The notes under the pieces are model-generated. The model saw only the letters and a list, made by a program, of their open reading frames with translations. It ran no database searches and was not told where the DNA came from. The translations under genes and the position numbers were made by a program. From Mercenaria mercenaria (lineage: Eukaryota), in the NCBI RefSeq assembly GCF_021730395.1, contig NC_069364.1, positions 83,467,972 to 83,531,971 of the forward strand: DNA of 64,000 bases, read 5' to 3'. The stretch's first letter is position 1, and each line of letters starts with the position of its first letter. Shown here one piece after another: positions 1 to 11,480 of the stretch.

Positions 1-11
1 TGGCAGTACCA

Positions 12-175
12 TTTACTATTTAAAGTGGTGCTTACCCAAAAGATACTGACTGAATAGCGAACAGTGCAGATCATGACTGCATGGATGTGCAGGCTAATCA
101 TGATCTACACTGGTTGCAAAGGCAGAATCAATCATGTCCAGCATAATAATGGTTAATATCCCAAACCAAAATCGC
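12..175. mobile_element. MITE-like repeat family B, related to A
   Basis: tttact..gactgaatagcgaacagtgcagatcatg...gtgcaggctaatcatgatctacactggttgcaaaggcagaatca...ggttaatatcc. The internal palindrome is cagtgcagatcatg/catgatctacactg. A second copy is at 4470-4610. Confidence 0.55.
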
Positions 176-405
176 AAGCTTATTTTTTAGCTTGCGGCAA
201 GCTTGTTGCAAGCTTGCAGATGAAGCTTGCTGCAAGCTCAGAATTGGAACCTCGCAAGCTTGCAGTTCATTTCATTTTGCAAGCTTATGCTCATGAACCT
301 TGCTGCAAGCTTAAAATTGGAACCTTGTTGCAAGCTTGCAGGCCCTTGTATTTGATTTCAATTTGCAAGCTTGCTGTAATCTTGCGCAAGCTTGCAGAAA
401 TTGAA
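172..405. repeat. Low-complexity tandem tract built from GCAAGCTTG (reiterated HindIII sites)
   Basis: gcttgcggcaagcttgttgcaagcttgcagatgaagcttgctgcaagc... Confidence 0.85.
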
Positions 406-504
406 AGTTCCTAAAAAAAAATTCCTGCAATTAGGTCTGCAAATTAATTAATGAAACAAGAATCCCTGAACTATTACTTCTATATATTAGTTATTATAAA
501 ATAT

Positions 505-770
505 TATGACCTATAACAATTATAGGCCATATGGCAACTTTCTAGCTTCTATTGGTGGAAGTAGACACAAGGTGCACGTCTGGTCATTATTTCATATCAC
601 GGCAGGCATCTGTATATAACCACTGACTTTCCATATGCCAAATGGACAGCTTTCTAACACTGAAGAGTTCTACACTCAAAGTGAAGTTTCGAAACCACAG
701 CAGTGAAGGGCAAGTGATTCATAGTCAGTGACCTCAACAACTCTGCCACAGAGGCCCCTTTAAACATGAT
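505..770 (-). mobile_element. tRNA-derived SINE family 1, diverged copy
   Basis: It shares the body and tail (tataggccatatggcaac...) with the other copies. Its head is rc ...aaggggcctctgtggc..agtg. Confidence 0.55.
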
Positions 771-1026
771 TTTGTAGGAAAGTCTGTATATGTAGTAGCT
801 TGTCCTGTTCAGCCAGAGCCCATATTCATCAATATTTTACATGTACACTTGGACTGGAAAATATTAAATATTTATGATTTTGTTTTAAGTAAATTGCTGA
901 GCTATTTATAGCTCTTAAAACACATTTATGCAAAGTTTTATCACAATTTGTGCAAAATGTGGAAAACTTTGCATGCTTAAGTCTACATCTAAATTTCAGT
1001 CTTACAACATTGATAAATGACCTGCA

Positions 1027-1153
1027 CCATGAGAAAACCAACATAGTGCATTTGCGACCAGCAAACAGCATGGATCCTGACCAGACTGTGCGGATGTGCA
1101 GGCTAGACTGAATCCATGCTGGTCGCAAACGCATTATGTTGGTTTTCTCATGG
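1027..1153. mobile_element. Palindromic MITE family A, short copy
   Basis: catgagaaaaccaacatagtg...gcgaccagca...gatcctgaccagactgtgcggatgtgcaggctagactgaatccatgctggtcgcaaacgcattatgttggttttctcatgg, a near-perfect hairpin. Confidence 0.7.
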
Positions 1154-2024
1154 TGGGGCTCAAATACTGGCCCAGCTTATTGGAGAGAGAGAGTATTTAC
1201 CATTGTACAGTTTGGTACATATCCATATATAACTGATCTGGAACCATTGAAGAGTGCCGTGATTTGTCGAGGAGCTTGTACAGGAGATGGTACGTCTGCT
1301 CCGTGCTGTTCCCAGTCAACATTTACAGATGTCAGTCCTGGTTGGGCAGCCTTGTTGATTTGAGATTTAACCTTGGAAAAGGAATATTAATGATTCAAAA
1401 TTAAAACTACACATAATAATCCATGACAGAATTGTTGCAATACAATAAGTTTTAAATAAAGAAACACAGCAGAACAAATTGCATGTGAATTAAAGGAAAA
1501 CACCTGTTTTAAAGGATGTATCTAAATGGAAATAACACATGCCACATCAAGAAAATAAAGAAAATGAGGGATTCCGCTTTTTTAGGTGACTATCAGGCAG
1601 GGGTTTAACTGTTCTACTTTTAACAATTGCTCTGGGGTCATAATATATTGCTACATGCCAGCATCACCAACATACCTTCATTTCCCATTTAGATTTAACT
1701 TTGGTATCAAAGTACTCGAAGGATCCTGCACCAACTCTAGCCAACGCTCTTAGTAAATGTCTGTCTGCAGTGCCACTGTAAAAAAAAATATTTGACATCC
1801 CCTACTTTAAAGCGCCAGTCAAACAAATTCGCTTTGTACATATTTACTTCATATGGCAGGTCACCAAATATAAATGGTAACCAGAGCAGTATCAACACAG
1901 AGTAAATATTCATTTGACAAAAACCTCCACAGTAAGACAGATTAAAAAACAAGAGGGCCAAGATGGCCCTAGGTCGCTCACCTGATAAACACACCATAAC
2001 AGTGTAAACATGTTTGACATAGTG

Positions 2025-3695
2025 ATTTCATGGAAACAAATATTCTGACTAATTTTCATTAAGATCGGATCAAAAATGTGGTGTCTTAAGTGTAAACAAG
2101 CATTTTCTTCAATTTGACCTAGTGACCTAGTTTCTGAGCTAAGATGACCAACATTCGAACTTGACCTAGATTTGATCAAGGCAATCATTCTGACTAAATT
2201 TCATCAACCTTGATTAAAAAATACAGCCTCTATCGCATACAAAACGTTTTTCTTTGATATATCCTAGCGACCTAGTTTTTGACCCAAGATGACCCATACT
2301 CAAACTTGACCTTTATTTCATCAAGGCTAGCATTCTGACCAAATTTCATGAAGATCCATTGAAAAATAGTCTCTATTACATATACAAATTTTTTTTTTTG
2401 ATTTGACCTAGTGACCTAGTTTTTGACCACAGATGACCCATATTCTAACTTGACCTAGATTCCGTCAAGGCAATCATTCTGACTGAATTTTATGAGAACC
2501 CAGTGTAAAATGCAGCCCCTATTGCATACACAAGGTTTTTCTTTAATTTGACCGGGTGACCTAGTTTTTTATCCCAAAAGACCCATATTCAAACTCCATC
2601 TAGATTTCATATAGACAAACATTCTGATTAAATTTCATGAAGATCCTATGTAAAATGCAGCCCCTATTGCATACACAAGGTTTTTATTTGATTTGACCTA
2701 GTGACCTAGTTTTTAATCCCTGATGATCCATATTCAAACTTGACCTAGATTTTATCAAGGCAATCATTCTGACCAAAACTCATGAAGATCAATTGAAAAA
2801 TACAGCCTCTATCGCATACACAAGGTTTTTCTTTGATTTGACCTAGTGACCTAGTTTTTGATCCCAGATGACCCATTTTCAAAACTAGCCTAGATTTCAT
2901 CAAGGTAATCATTCTGACCAAAATTTATAAAGATAAAATGAAATATACAGCTTCTATCGCATACACAAGGTTTTTTCTTGATTTGACCTAGTGACCTAGT
3001 TTTTGACCCCGGGTGACCCATTTTCAAACTTGGCCTATATTTCATCAAGGTTATCATTCTGACAAAATTTCATGAAGATCAATTGAAAAATACAGCCTCT
3101 ATCGCATACACAAGGTTTTTCCTTGATTTGACCTAGTGACCTAGTTTTTGATCCCAGATGACCCATTTTCAAACTCGGCCTAGACTTCATCAAGGTAATC
3201 ATTCTGACCAAAATTCATGAAGATAGAATGAAAAATACAGCCTCTATCGCATACACAAGGTTTTTCCTTGATTTGACCTAGTGACCTAGTTTTTGACCCC
3301 GGGTGACCCATTTTCAAACTTGGCCTAGATTTTATCAAGGTAATCATTCTGACAAAATTTCATGAAGATCAACTGAAAAATACAGCCTCTATCGCATACA
3401 CAAGGTTTTTCCTTGATTTGACCTAGTGACCTAGTTTTTGATCCCAGATGACCCATTTTCAAACTCGGCCTAGACTTCATCAAGGTTATCATTCTGACCA
3501 AAATTCATGAAGATAGAATGAAAAATACAGCCTCTATTGCATACACAAGGTTTTTCCTTGATTTGACCTAGTGACCTAGTTTTTGACCCCAGATGACCCA
3601 TTTTCGAACTCGGCCTAGATTTCATCAAGGTAATCATTCTGACCAAAATTCATGAAGATCAGTTGAAAAATACAGCCTCTATCGCATACACAAGC
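2025..3695. repeat. Satellite array, about 145-bp monomer, about 11.5 copies
   Basis: The period, measured between gacctagtgacctag occurrences, is 144-146 bp. The consensus is ..gatttgacctagtgacctagtttttgatcccagatgacccattttcaaact.ggcctagatttcatcaaggtaatcattctgaccaaaattcatgaagatcaattgaaaaatacagcctctatcgcatacacaaggttttt. It sits in a PARP4-like intron. Confidence 0.9.
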
Positions 3696-3799
3696 TAAAT
3701 GTTGACGGACGACAGACAGACGACAGACGACTGACGCCGGACATCAAGTGATCAGAAGGTGAGCTAATAACGAAGAACAAAAAGAATAATTTCACTATA

Positions 3800-4080
3800 A
3801 ACTGTCATACAGAACTTTAAACTTGAAATCTCTCTCTGAACAAGGGGTGTAACTCCATTATAAAACTTCTCCCAGATCCTAAATGAAATCTATTCTCTCT
3901 CTGTACAGGGGGCATAACTCCACTAGAAAATATCATTTAAACCTAAATGCAACCTATTCTCTCTGCAAAACAAAAGAACTTTATAATCCATCTATGGAGA
4001 AAAATGTATGGGAACAAATCCAAGTCCAAGGGCTATAACCCTTAAGGAATATGTGCAACGGCTATTCTCTCAATAGTCAA
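3800..4080. repeat. Degenerate tandem repeat of about 65 bp (..tattctctct.tacagggggcataactcca..aaaa..)
   Basis: About 4 diverged units. Confidence 0.5.
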
Positions 4081-4178
4081 AATGAAAACCATACCTTTGC
4101 AATTTGTTTATGTGATCATCTTTAAACCAAACTCTGCTTTTTAAACTAATTTTTAATTTGCTACGGCCAATAATTTAC

Positions 4179-4366
4179 CTAACTCCAACTGTGAATATCC
4201 TGGTATGTTGGCAATTTTTCCTGACACTGCTCAGCAACAGTTCCGAGTTGTTCATGTGTCCGTCAGAGATCAAGAGGACATTCTGCATGGAGCTCTCCGG
4301 TTTCATGAGGTAAAAAGTATGCAATGGTCGCACAACCTCTGTGTTACCCATAGTTGCTGAAAGACT
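4179..4366 (-). CDS. PARP4-like exon, VWA domain continued (SLSATMGNTEVVRPLHTFYLMKPESSMQNVLLISDGHMNNSELLLSSVRKNCQHTRIFTVGV)
   Basis: Acceptor ttcttcctgcag and donor GTTAG|GTAAAT. VWA blocks GGT(N/E) and (F/L)..DG are present. At least one small exon between 7655 and 4366 is still missing: the upstream exon ends in phase 1 and this one starts in phase 0. The gene continues below 4179. Confidence 0.7.
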
Positions 4367-4469
4367 CTGCAGGAAGAAAAAAACGATATTATTTCCATGT
4401 TAACCCTTGACCTGCTAAATTTCTAAAATGAACTGGTCCATCTTTCAATTTGAGCAATACCATTCATTA

Positions 4470-4610
4470 TTCAAAGGGGAATATTTACTGACTGAATAGT
4501 GGACAGTGCAGACCATGTGCAGGCTGATCTTGGTCTGCACTGGTCACAAAGGCAGGATCACTTGCCGCCAGCAGGCTTATGGTTAATGTCCTAAATCTAT
4601 AAAAACTCAT
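4470..4610. mobile_element. MITE-like repeat family B
   Basis: Colinear with 12-175, lacking an 11-bp insert. It lies in the PARP4-like intron just upstream of exon 4179-4366. Confidence 0.55.
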
Positions 4611-5649
4611 TATCACTCAATTATATAGAATGGCACTGGGCAACTGTTAAACCAGATATATTTAATAGGGATTAATTTTCATATCTTATAAAATTTATGA
4701 AAATTAGTCCTCACAAAAAAAGTATGATTTTAGATCTAATTACTTTGTAAGAAAAACTGATTACTCCTGTGAGGATTAAATCTGGCTTTTGAAAACTGTT
4801 TTTAAATACTGCAAAATGTTGGCAATGCAAAAATAGGACATTATAGTATTATCTTATTTCACAGTGATACAATGTCAGTATCGAGTTTCCTCAGCAGAAA
4901 ATACCAGTCCTGTTGTCTAGCTATGCTATCAGTCTGTATAAAGATGACCTCAATACATTTTGAATCCACAAATTCAGTGCTGTATTTATCAGTTATAATG
5001 TTCAGATTTTAAGACAAACTATGAGACATTTTTCAAAAGCTATCTTTTACACTGTTCTCAATACAGCAAATGTTAAATGTAGCAATACCTAGCTACAGCA
5101 AAATGTAATGTAATTTCCCTTAAAATGCAAAACTAAATTCATATTTGAACACTGAATGCTTTGTTACATGATGAAGATCTAAATCAAACAGAACCAGGAG
5201 CTGTGTTCAATAAACGCTCGATGTCCCCGGTGGCATCCTTGTCGATACAAAGCAACCTAAGTCCAAAACGAGGTCAAGGTCAAACTGAGGTCAGGTGATG
5301 TCTGAAGATGAGGGATGGTCACAGGTTACATCTGCATTAGTATCAAGTCATTCTAGTTAGGGGTATTGATGCTAGATGAAACAGTCCCATTTGGTTAACC
5401 TCGTACGGACGGACGAATGCATGCACGGACAAACGAAGGGGCATAGAAAGTGGAAACCTACAAGTCATCCAACACAACAAAAATGAAAATGTTGAAAAAC
5501 ATATTTCCTGCACTTATGGAGAATATATCTTTGAAAGTACAGTCAAAACTTAGACAATTTTATCAGCAAGACTGACAACGAAGACAAAACTCCGACTTGT
5601 ACACACAATTTACAAGAAACATCCAGTTTTCCAAACAATACTGTGTCAC

Positions 5650-6080
5650 ACCATGACAAACTCTGATACTGGTTTCATATTTACAACTTACCATGACAAA
5701 CTCTGATGCTGGTTTCATATTGACAACTTACCATGACAAACTCTGATGCTGGTTTCATATTTACAACTCACCATGACAAACTCTGATGCCGGTTTTATAT
5801 TGACAACTTACCATGACAAACTCTGATGATGGTTTCATATTGACAACTTACAATGACATACTCTGATGCTGGTTTCATACTGACAACTTACTATGACAAA
5901 CTCTGATGCTGGTTTCATATTGACAACTTACCATGACAAACTCTGATGCTGGTTTCATATTTACAACTTACCATGACAAACTCTGATGCTGGTTTCATAT
6001 TTACAACTTACCATGACAAACTCTGATGCTAGTTTCATATTACAACTTACCATGACAAACTCTGATGCTAGTCTCATATT
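5650..6080. repeat. Minisatellite, 40-bp unit about 10.5 times (ccatgacaaactctgatgctggtttcatatttacaactta)
   Basis: Exact 40-bp periodicity. Confidence 0.9.
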
Positions 6081-6399
6081 TCCTGCTGTTTTCACAACAC
6101 AAGATGGAAACAATTCTTTCCATGCTGAAAATAAAATGTGTATTATTAAATAAGTTTAGAATATAAGTCATTTAATTGTCAAAATATAGATACTGTCACA
6201 ACTTTATTTTTTTTAGAATTTTTATCCATAAACATTTTTTGTGCCTGTTCTTAAATCAAGGACAAGTTTATGTCACATTTAGGTAAATGGGCAACTGAAA
6301 CAAAATGCTATTAAATCCAAAACTAAAAGTACCAAACAGTCTTATGAGAAGATGCATATTCACAACACCTTTACAAATCAATAAAATTCTATCTCTCCA

Positions 6400-7140
6400 A
6401 CTGAGAGTATCTTTGACCTAGGACTACAAATGAAACAAGAGTGCCAGACTGTCACAAAATACGCCCACCATAGAACTTGGCCTAATTCAAGGGGCATAAT
6501 CCAAGAGTGCCTAGGGGGATTTGGGTGGTTATCATACTTGGCCAAGATATTATGCCCACAAACATTGTCAGCAAGTTTTGGAGAGTATCTTTGACCTAAG
6601 ACTATAAATGAAACAAGAGTGCCAGACTGTCACAAAATACGCCCGTTATCGAACTTGACCTATTCAAGGGCCATATTCCAAGAGTGCCTAAGGCGATTTG
6701 GCTGATTATCGATCTTGGCCGAGATATTATACCCATCAATATTGTCAGCAAGTTTGGTGAAGATCAGACGAAAACTGTCGGACTTGGAGAGCGGACAAAG
6801 CTAAATTTGCAGTTTTTCGAGTAATTCAAGGGCCAAAATCCAACAGTGCCTGGGGCGATTTGGCTGGTTATCGAACTTGGCCGAGATATTATGCCCACAA
6901 ACATTGTCAGCAAGTTTTGTGAAGATCGGATGAAAAATGTTGGACTTAGAGTGGACAAGGCCAAATTCGCAGTTTTTTGAGTAATTCAAGGGCCATAATC
7001 CAAGAGTGCCTGGGGCGATTTGGCTGGTTATCAAACTTGGCCGAGATATTATGCCCACAAACATTGTCAGCAAGTTTGGTGTAGATCCTATGAAAACTGT
7101 TCGACTTAGAGAGCGGACATGCTTTGGATGCTGCCCACTG
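6400..7140. repeat. Tandem array, about 160-180-bp monomer, 4 copies, related to the 145-bp satellite
   Basis: The unit is ..aattcaagggccataatccaagagtgcctggggcgatttggctggttatcgaacttggccgagatattatgcccacaaacattgtcagcaagtttggtgaagatc.gatgaaaa.tgt.ggacttagag.gcggacaa. The segment cattgtcagcaagtttggtgaagatc is homologous to cattctgaccaaaattcatgaagatc in the 145-bp satellite. Confidence 0.85.
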
Positions 7141-7654
7141 CCACGGGTGTTCACATAATATGCCCCGCTCTTTCAGAGACGGGCATATACAAAGGGTCAC
7201 CTTCTAACTAGTTGCAAGAAACCCATGAAAGTTGATGTTAGACTGGAATTCTCACCCAAACATTCTCAAATTACAGAGCAGAAACTATTGATCAATATTA
7301 GGTAATATAACATGTTAGAACACGTTTCAATTTTACTTTGTACACATATTAGTAGAGGGAATGCAGGGCAATCAATAACATTTTAACAGGTGATTCAAAG
7401 CAGATAGTGATAGAAATTTGTACTTTTCTGGGAGACTTTCCCTAAACATAGATGGATGTTCAAATAAAAATCAATGCGAGTATCCTATTGCTCTATGGTC
7501 TTATTGACAAACCCATATTAATGTAGAAAAAAATACTTTTCTATGAGACTCCTTCCCTAAACATAGATGGATGTTCAAGTGAAAATAAGTGGGGTTATCT
7601 TCTGCCTCTCTGGTAATATTGACCAACCCATATTTATATAGAAGAAACATTTAC

Positions 7655-7841
7655 CTGTTCCAAACACAACAACATTAAAGTTCCATGTAGGGGGTAAATG
7701 CTGGAGAGTCAGCAGCAAGACTTTCTTGGCACTGATGATGGCATCACCCTTCATAGAGTTTGACAGGTCCAGAAGTAAAATCACACTGACATCATCCGAC
7801 TCACAGGCCTCAAATTCCGGGTAAAATGTCAGCATACATGC
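7655..7841 (-). CDS. PARP4-like exon, start of the VWA domain with the MIDAS motif (ACMLTFYPEFEACESDDVSVILLLDLSNSMKGDAIISAKKVLLLTLQHLPPTWNFNVVVFGT)
   Basis: Acceptor ctctag and donor GGAACAG|GTAAAT. It carries the D-x-S-x-S metal-ion site (DLSNSM) plus the typical VWA beta1-alpha1 pattern and the FN..(V/I)FG(T/S) block seen in ITIH/VWA5A/PARP4 VWA domains. It overlaps ORF 7575..7835(-). Confidence 0.8.
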
Positions 7842-8179
7842 CTAGAGAACAATAAGGAAATGTACATGTTATTCATAGATCACTGAATCAATATTTAGTT
7901 TGAAATAATAAAATTGATCAACATGAAATTTCTGGTTTATTCCAAGAATGCTATTTTGCCAGAACATAACTTAAGAAAGATGAAATAAATCGGAAATCTA
8001 TAAATACAGATTTGACTTTGCAGACAGATGTGATTTCAAAATCCACCGAAAACAGTGTTATACCTGCTGATTTTGATCATCAGGTTTTCTCTTCACCCAC
8101 AATTCTAGACACATGTATTTCCACTAGATCACTGAGGAGTCACAAAATGTCGACATATTTTCATAATTTCAATACTTAC

Positions 8180-8317
8180 CTGGTGATTTTGGTCATCTGG
8201 TTTTCTCTCGACCCACATTCTAGGCACGTGTATTTCTGCTAGACCAATCAGAAGCTGGAACCCATCGGCAATAGACTCCCCTTCCATCATCTCTACAGTG
8301 GCTTTTGTTAATGTCCT
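8180..8317 (-). CDS. PARP4-like exon, region between VIT and VWA (RTLTKATVEMMEGESIADGFQLLIGLAEIHVPRMWVERKPDDQNHQ)
   Basis: Acceptor gtgatatag, with an in-frame TAG just upstream, and donor CACCAG|GTAAGT. 46 codons in phase 0, leading into the VWA exon. Confidence 0.6.
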
Positions 8318-8920
8318 CTATATCACATAAAATAGCTGATGCAAATCAAATTTGGAAAACTGTAAAAGCTTACTTAAATGCTCATTTTAACAATATAAAT
8401 ATAGAAAGATGTTTGCAATGAATTTATTTTCCCAACCTCTGGAAATTAGAGTCACTTGTGACTTCAAACGAGATGTTAACTTTAAGCAACATAATCTTCA
8501 TATTAATAGCCAGCTACAAAGTACAATTATCATTGTAGTGTATCAAATCATAAAATAAAAAAAAAACTATACAATTATATAGTTCTCAAATCAACAGAGA
8601 AAACCTACTGGTATATTAAGATAGTCTACAGGGACTTTACTTTTTTGTACCCAATCATAACATAAAAGTCTTATGCAATATTCAAGCAAGCATAAGAAAC
8701 CTGTCTGAAGCAATTAAACTTGCATATATTTACCAGAGTACTTGAAACCTAAGAGGAGCAAAAGACATACTGACAGAAGCTGCTGTACCAAAACATCAAG
8801 GCACTTAATGAAGTAGCACTTTTAAACCACAAACTTCCAAAGGAATAACCTTATAAAATTGATTAAAACCCAATAAAACTGCTGATAATCATTTGTGATT
8901 TTTGTCTATTATTAGCTCAC

Positions 8921-9034
8921 CTTGACTTTGATCTTCTGTGAGGGGCATTCAATTGACCTGATGTCAAAGGGCATCTCTATTGAAACCTGCACACTTGTCT
9001 CCCCTTGTGTGACCTCCACTGTCTCAGTTTCATG
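8921..9034 (-). CDS. PARP4-like exon, region between VIT and VWA (HETETVEVTQGETSVQVSIEMPFDIRSIECPSQKIKVK)
   Basis: Acceptor catttacag and donor GTCAAG|GTGAGC. 38 codons in phase 0; the other two frames contain stops. Confidence 0.55.
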
Positions 9035-9870
9035 CTGTAAATGTACTCAAATCATAACTCAAAAAGTCAAACAGATAAATTTTTAGGCACTCTTTTCTTA
9101 CCTCTGAAAATACAGTGAAACCCCTCTAAACCAGAACCCCTGAAAAGTGGTAACCCGTCAAACCACTTCAAACTGAACAAACACCTTGGTTCATAATAAT
9201 GTTCTTTTATTGAAAATAACCACTCTAAATTAGAATATCACTCAAAAGTGAATGTTTCCTTTGGTCCAGAGGTTGTTTTGTATATAGTTGTTCCACTGTA
9301 GCTGCATGCAACGTTATCACAGTTATGATGGACCAAGGTACAGTGATACTAGTGACTATGGACATCACATTTATATAATCCTACATTTTAACCATTCACA
9401 TGGTCTTCATCAGGAATACATGAACTACACACAACAACTGCCTGTGTTATTTCCATCATCTACCTGCACTATCTCATTCAATTACCTATTATTCCATAGT
9501 TAATTACTCAAGTTGTTTTTCTTAATTTATGTGTCATTTCCTATACTATGCTGTTTACTTTCCTTTAACTAACTGCGTAACCTACGCAGCATTCTTTTAA
9601 TAATCTGTCATTGCTCTAAGTTACTTATAGTTAATGTAAACTTGTATTTTAGTTATGTTACTTTTTATATGTAATGAAGTATGTTCAGAGTATGTTATTT
9701 CCCTAATCCCTTACCTGTGTAGTTCAGTCTTGTTTCTCATAAGGACAAGTGCTTTTTCCTTTCGTTATCTGTGTAACTTCCCTTACCTGTGTAGTTTCCA
9801 AATAATACAAGTATTCTTTCTCATGAATACAAGTGTTGTTTCCTTTCATTATCTGAGTCATTTCCCTTAC

Positions 9871-10032
9871 CTGTGTAGTTTCCTTTAAAGAATCTTTCTT
9901 CCATGGAGCGACACTTCCTGGCAATCTGAAACTAACCATCTCCCCTTCTACCTGTAATTCTGCCACATATGTGATCTTGATCAAGACCGTAGCTCCTGGT
10001 GGAAGATTGCCAACACTTACAGTAAACACATC
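9871..10032 (-). CDS. PARP4-like exon, VIT domain continued (DVFTVSVGNLPPGATVLIKITYVAELQVEGEMVSFRLPGSVAPWKKDSLKETTQ)
   Basis: Acceptor gatttcag and donor ACACAG|GTAAGG. VIT-domain block F.V.VGNLPP...V.I.I.YV.EL, 54 codons in phase 0. It overlaps ORF 9724..10029(-). Confidence 0.8.
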
Positions 10033-10835
10033 CTGAAATCAAATAAGAAACTTTTTTGAAGTCTGTGCACAAAAAGAATTTTACTTTTTCATTTAAGGCT
10101 TTATTCTGCATGACTAAATGAATGTTTAAACGTTCTCATCATTCTTTCATAGTCTCTGTAAACATCAAATATTGCATCACTGTTAAGAAAAACAACAACC
10201 TTATTTGCCACTCATATTCATCAGAAAATAAGACTTCAACTTACAAGAACCAAATTTGCAATACTGTTGTATATCATGGCATTGCATTTTCCATATGTAA
10301 TGGGTTTGTACTAGTTCAACATCTTTTAGAAGTTTGCCAAAATCATTTTTTTTTACATAAAATTACATGGACATTTTTTGGCATAAAATTAAAATTGCAT
10401 TGGACAAGTTAAGGTGAATAATGAGACTAACCCATACAGTTTAGGCCAAAAATAATTTCTAACAAAAATCCATGAAAATTGAGTTCTCTGAAAGTGACTT
10501 TTGGTACAAATTTATTGACATAAGATTTTTACAAGATATTCTTATAAATAACCAAAAATATTGTGCAGAAGGTAGTAAACTGTTGCAACGCTGCTGAAAT
10601 AATGCAGAAAATTTATATTCTTCTTGCATTTTTACCAATATCTAACTTTTGTTCTCACCAAGTTTATCATTTTTCTGTGTCATATATGCCAAACTGTGTG
10701 GAAATGACCACATTGAAAAATTTCACCCAAACTGTGGGTGAGTAGCTTTAAGAATTTAAAATATGTTCTTACAAGAAAAGAGCAAAAATAAAATTGTTCC
10801 TTGTGAAGTCCAGACTTATGATGCTATGTACTTAC

Positions 10836-11060
10836 AGGTGTTTCTTCATCTTGGTCCATGAGGTAGGCACCATGACCTTCACTGATTGCTTTCTTATATT
10901 CTTTGTGAGCTTGTTCCTTCTCTTTCACCTCACCAACAATATGTTTACCATTGATAAATGCTTCAAACCCACACACAGCAGCAAGGTCCCCCAGCGGGAA
11001 GACATATTTTGCCTCCAGTGGATTCTTACTGTTGTTCTCATACTCTTGAAGAACTATCAC
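10836..11060 (-). CDS. PARP4-like exon, VIT domain (VIVLQEYENNSKNPLEAKYVFPLGDLAAVCGFEAFINGKHIVGEVKEKEQAHKEYKKAISEGHGAYLMDQDEETP)
   Basis: Acceptor gtttaacag and donor ACACCT|GTAAGT. This is the canonical VIT-domain block (YVFPL...AAV.GFEA.I.GK.I.G...EKE.A...Y..A...G..A.L). It overlaps ORF 10824..11060(-). Confidence 0.8.
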
Positions 11061-11227
11061 CTGTTAAACAACAAAAGTCAAACATCTACATGTTGACTGT
11101 AAAAAAACATGTTGTATTTTTTTTTTATTCAAAGGGTCATAACTTGTGAAAATTCAACTAACTCTAAACCCATTTAATGTGTACAACTAATGACTGTTCC
11201 TGAGAAGTTTCATTTAAATCCTGCCAA

Positions 11228-11480
11228 TAGTGGAAATTATTTTAGAATTAAAATAATTTAATTTATTTTTTCTCAAACTGTTGCTCGTTAATTACCGTCT
11301 GCTAGTTTATTAAACTGTCGTCTGTTTTCGTATATAAACGTGTCATCGATATTGTTACACTTGGCTGATCTGAACTGGTTCCTACTGATACTGGTACCCA
11401 GTCGATATAATATAAATACCAATAATCTCGTGCAGTTCTCTCACATTTTGCTAGCTACACCGTCGGTAACGTCAAAACTA
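11228..11480. repeat. About 250-bp duplicated promoter-like segment P, copy 1 (copy 2 at 16074-16320)
   Basis: ggaaattattttagaattaaaataatttaatttattttttctcaaactgttgctcgttaattaccgtctgctagtttattaaa.tgtcgtctgttttcgta.ataaacgtgtcatcgatattg...gatataatataaatacc...ctacaccgtcggtaacgtcaaaacta is over 98% identical between copies. Copy 2 abuts the end of repeat R copy A. Confidence 0.85.

Noticed and set aside
9120-9160. 38-nt candidate micro-exon (acceptor cacttttcag, donor GTAAGA) between two VIT exons
   Set aside because: No reading frame is compatible with the phases of the flanking exons. The flanking exons already join colinearly.
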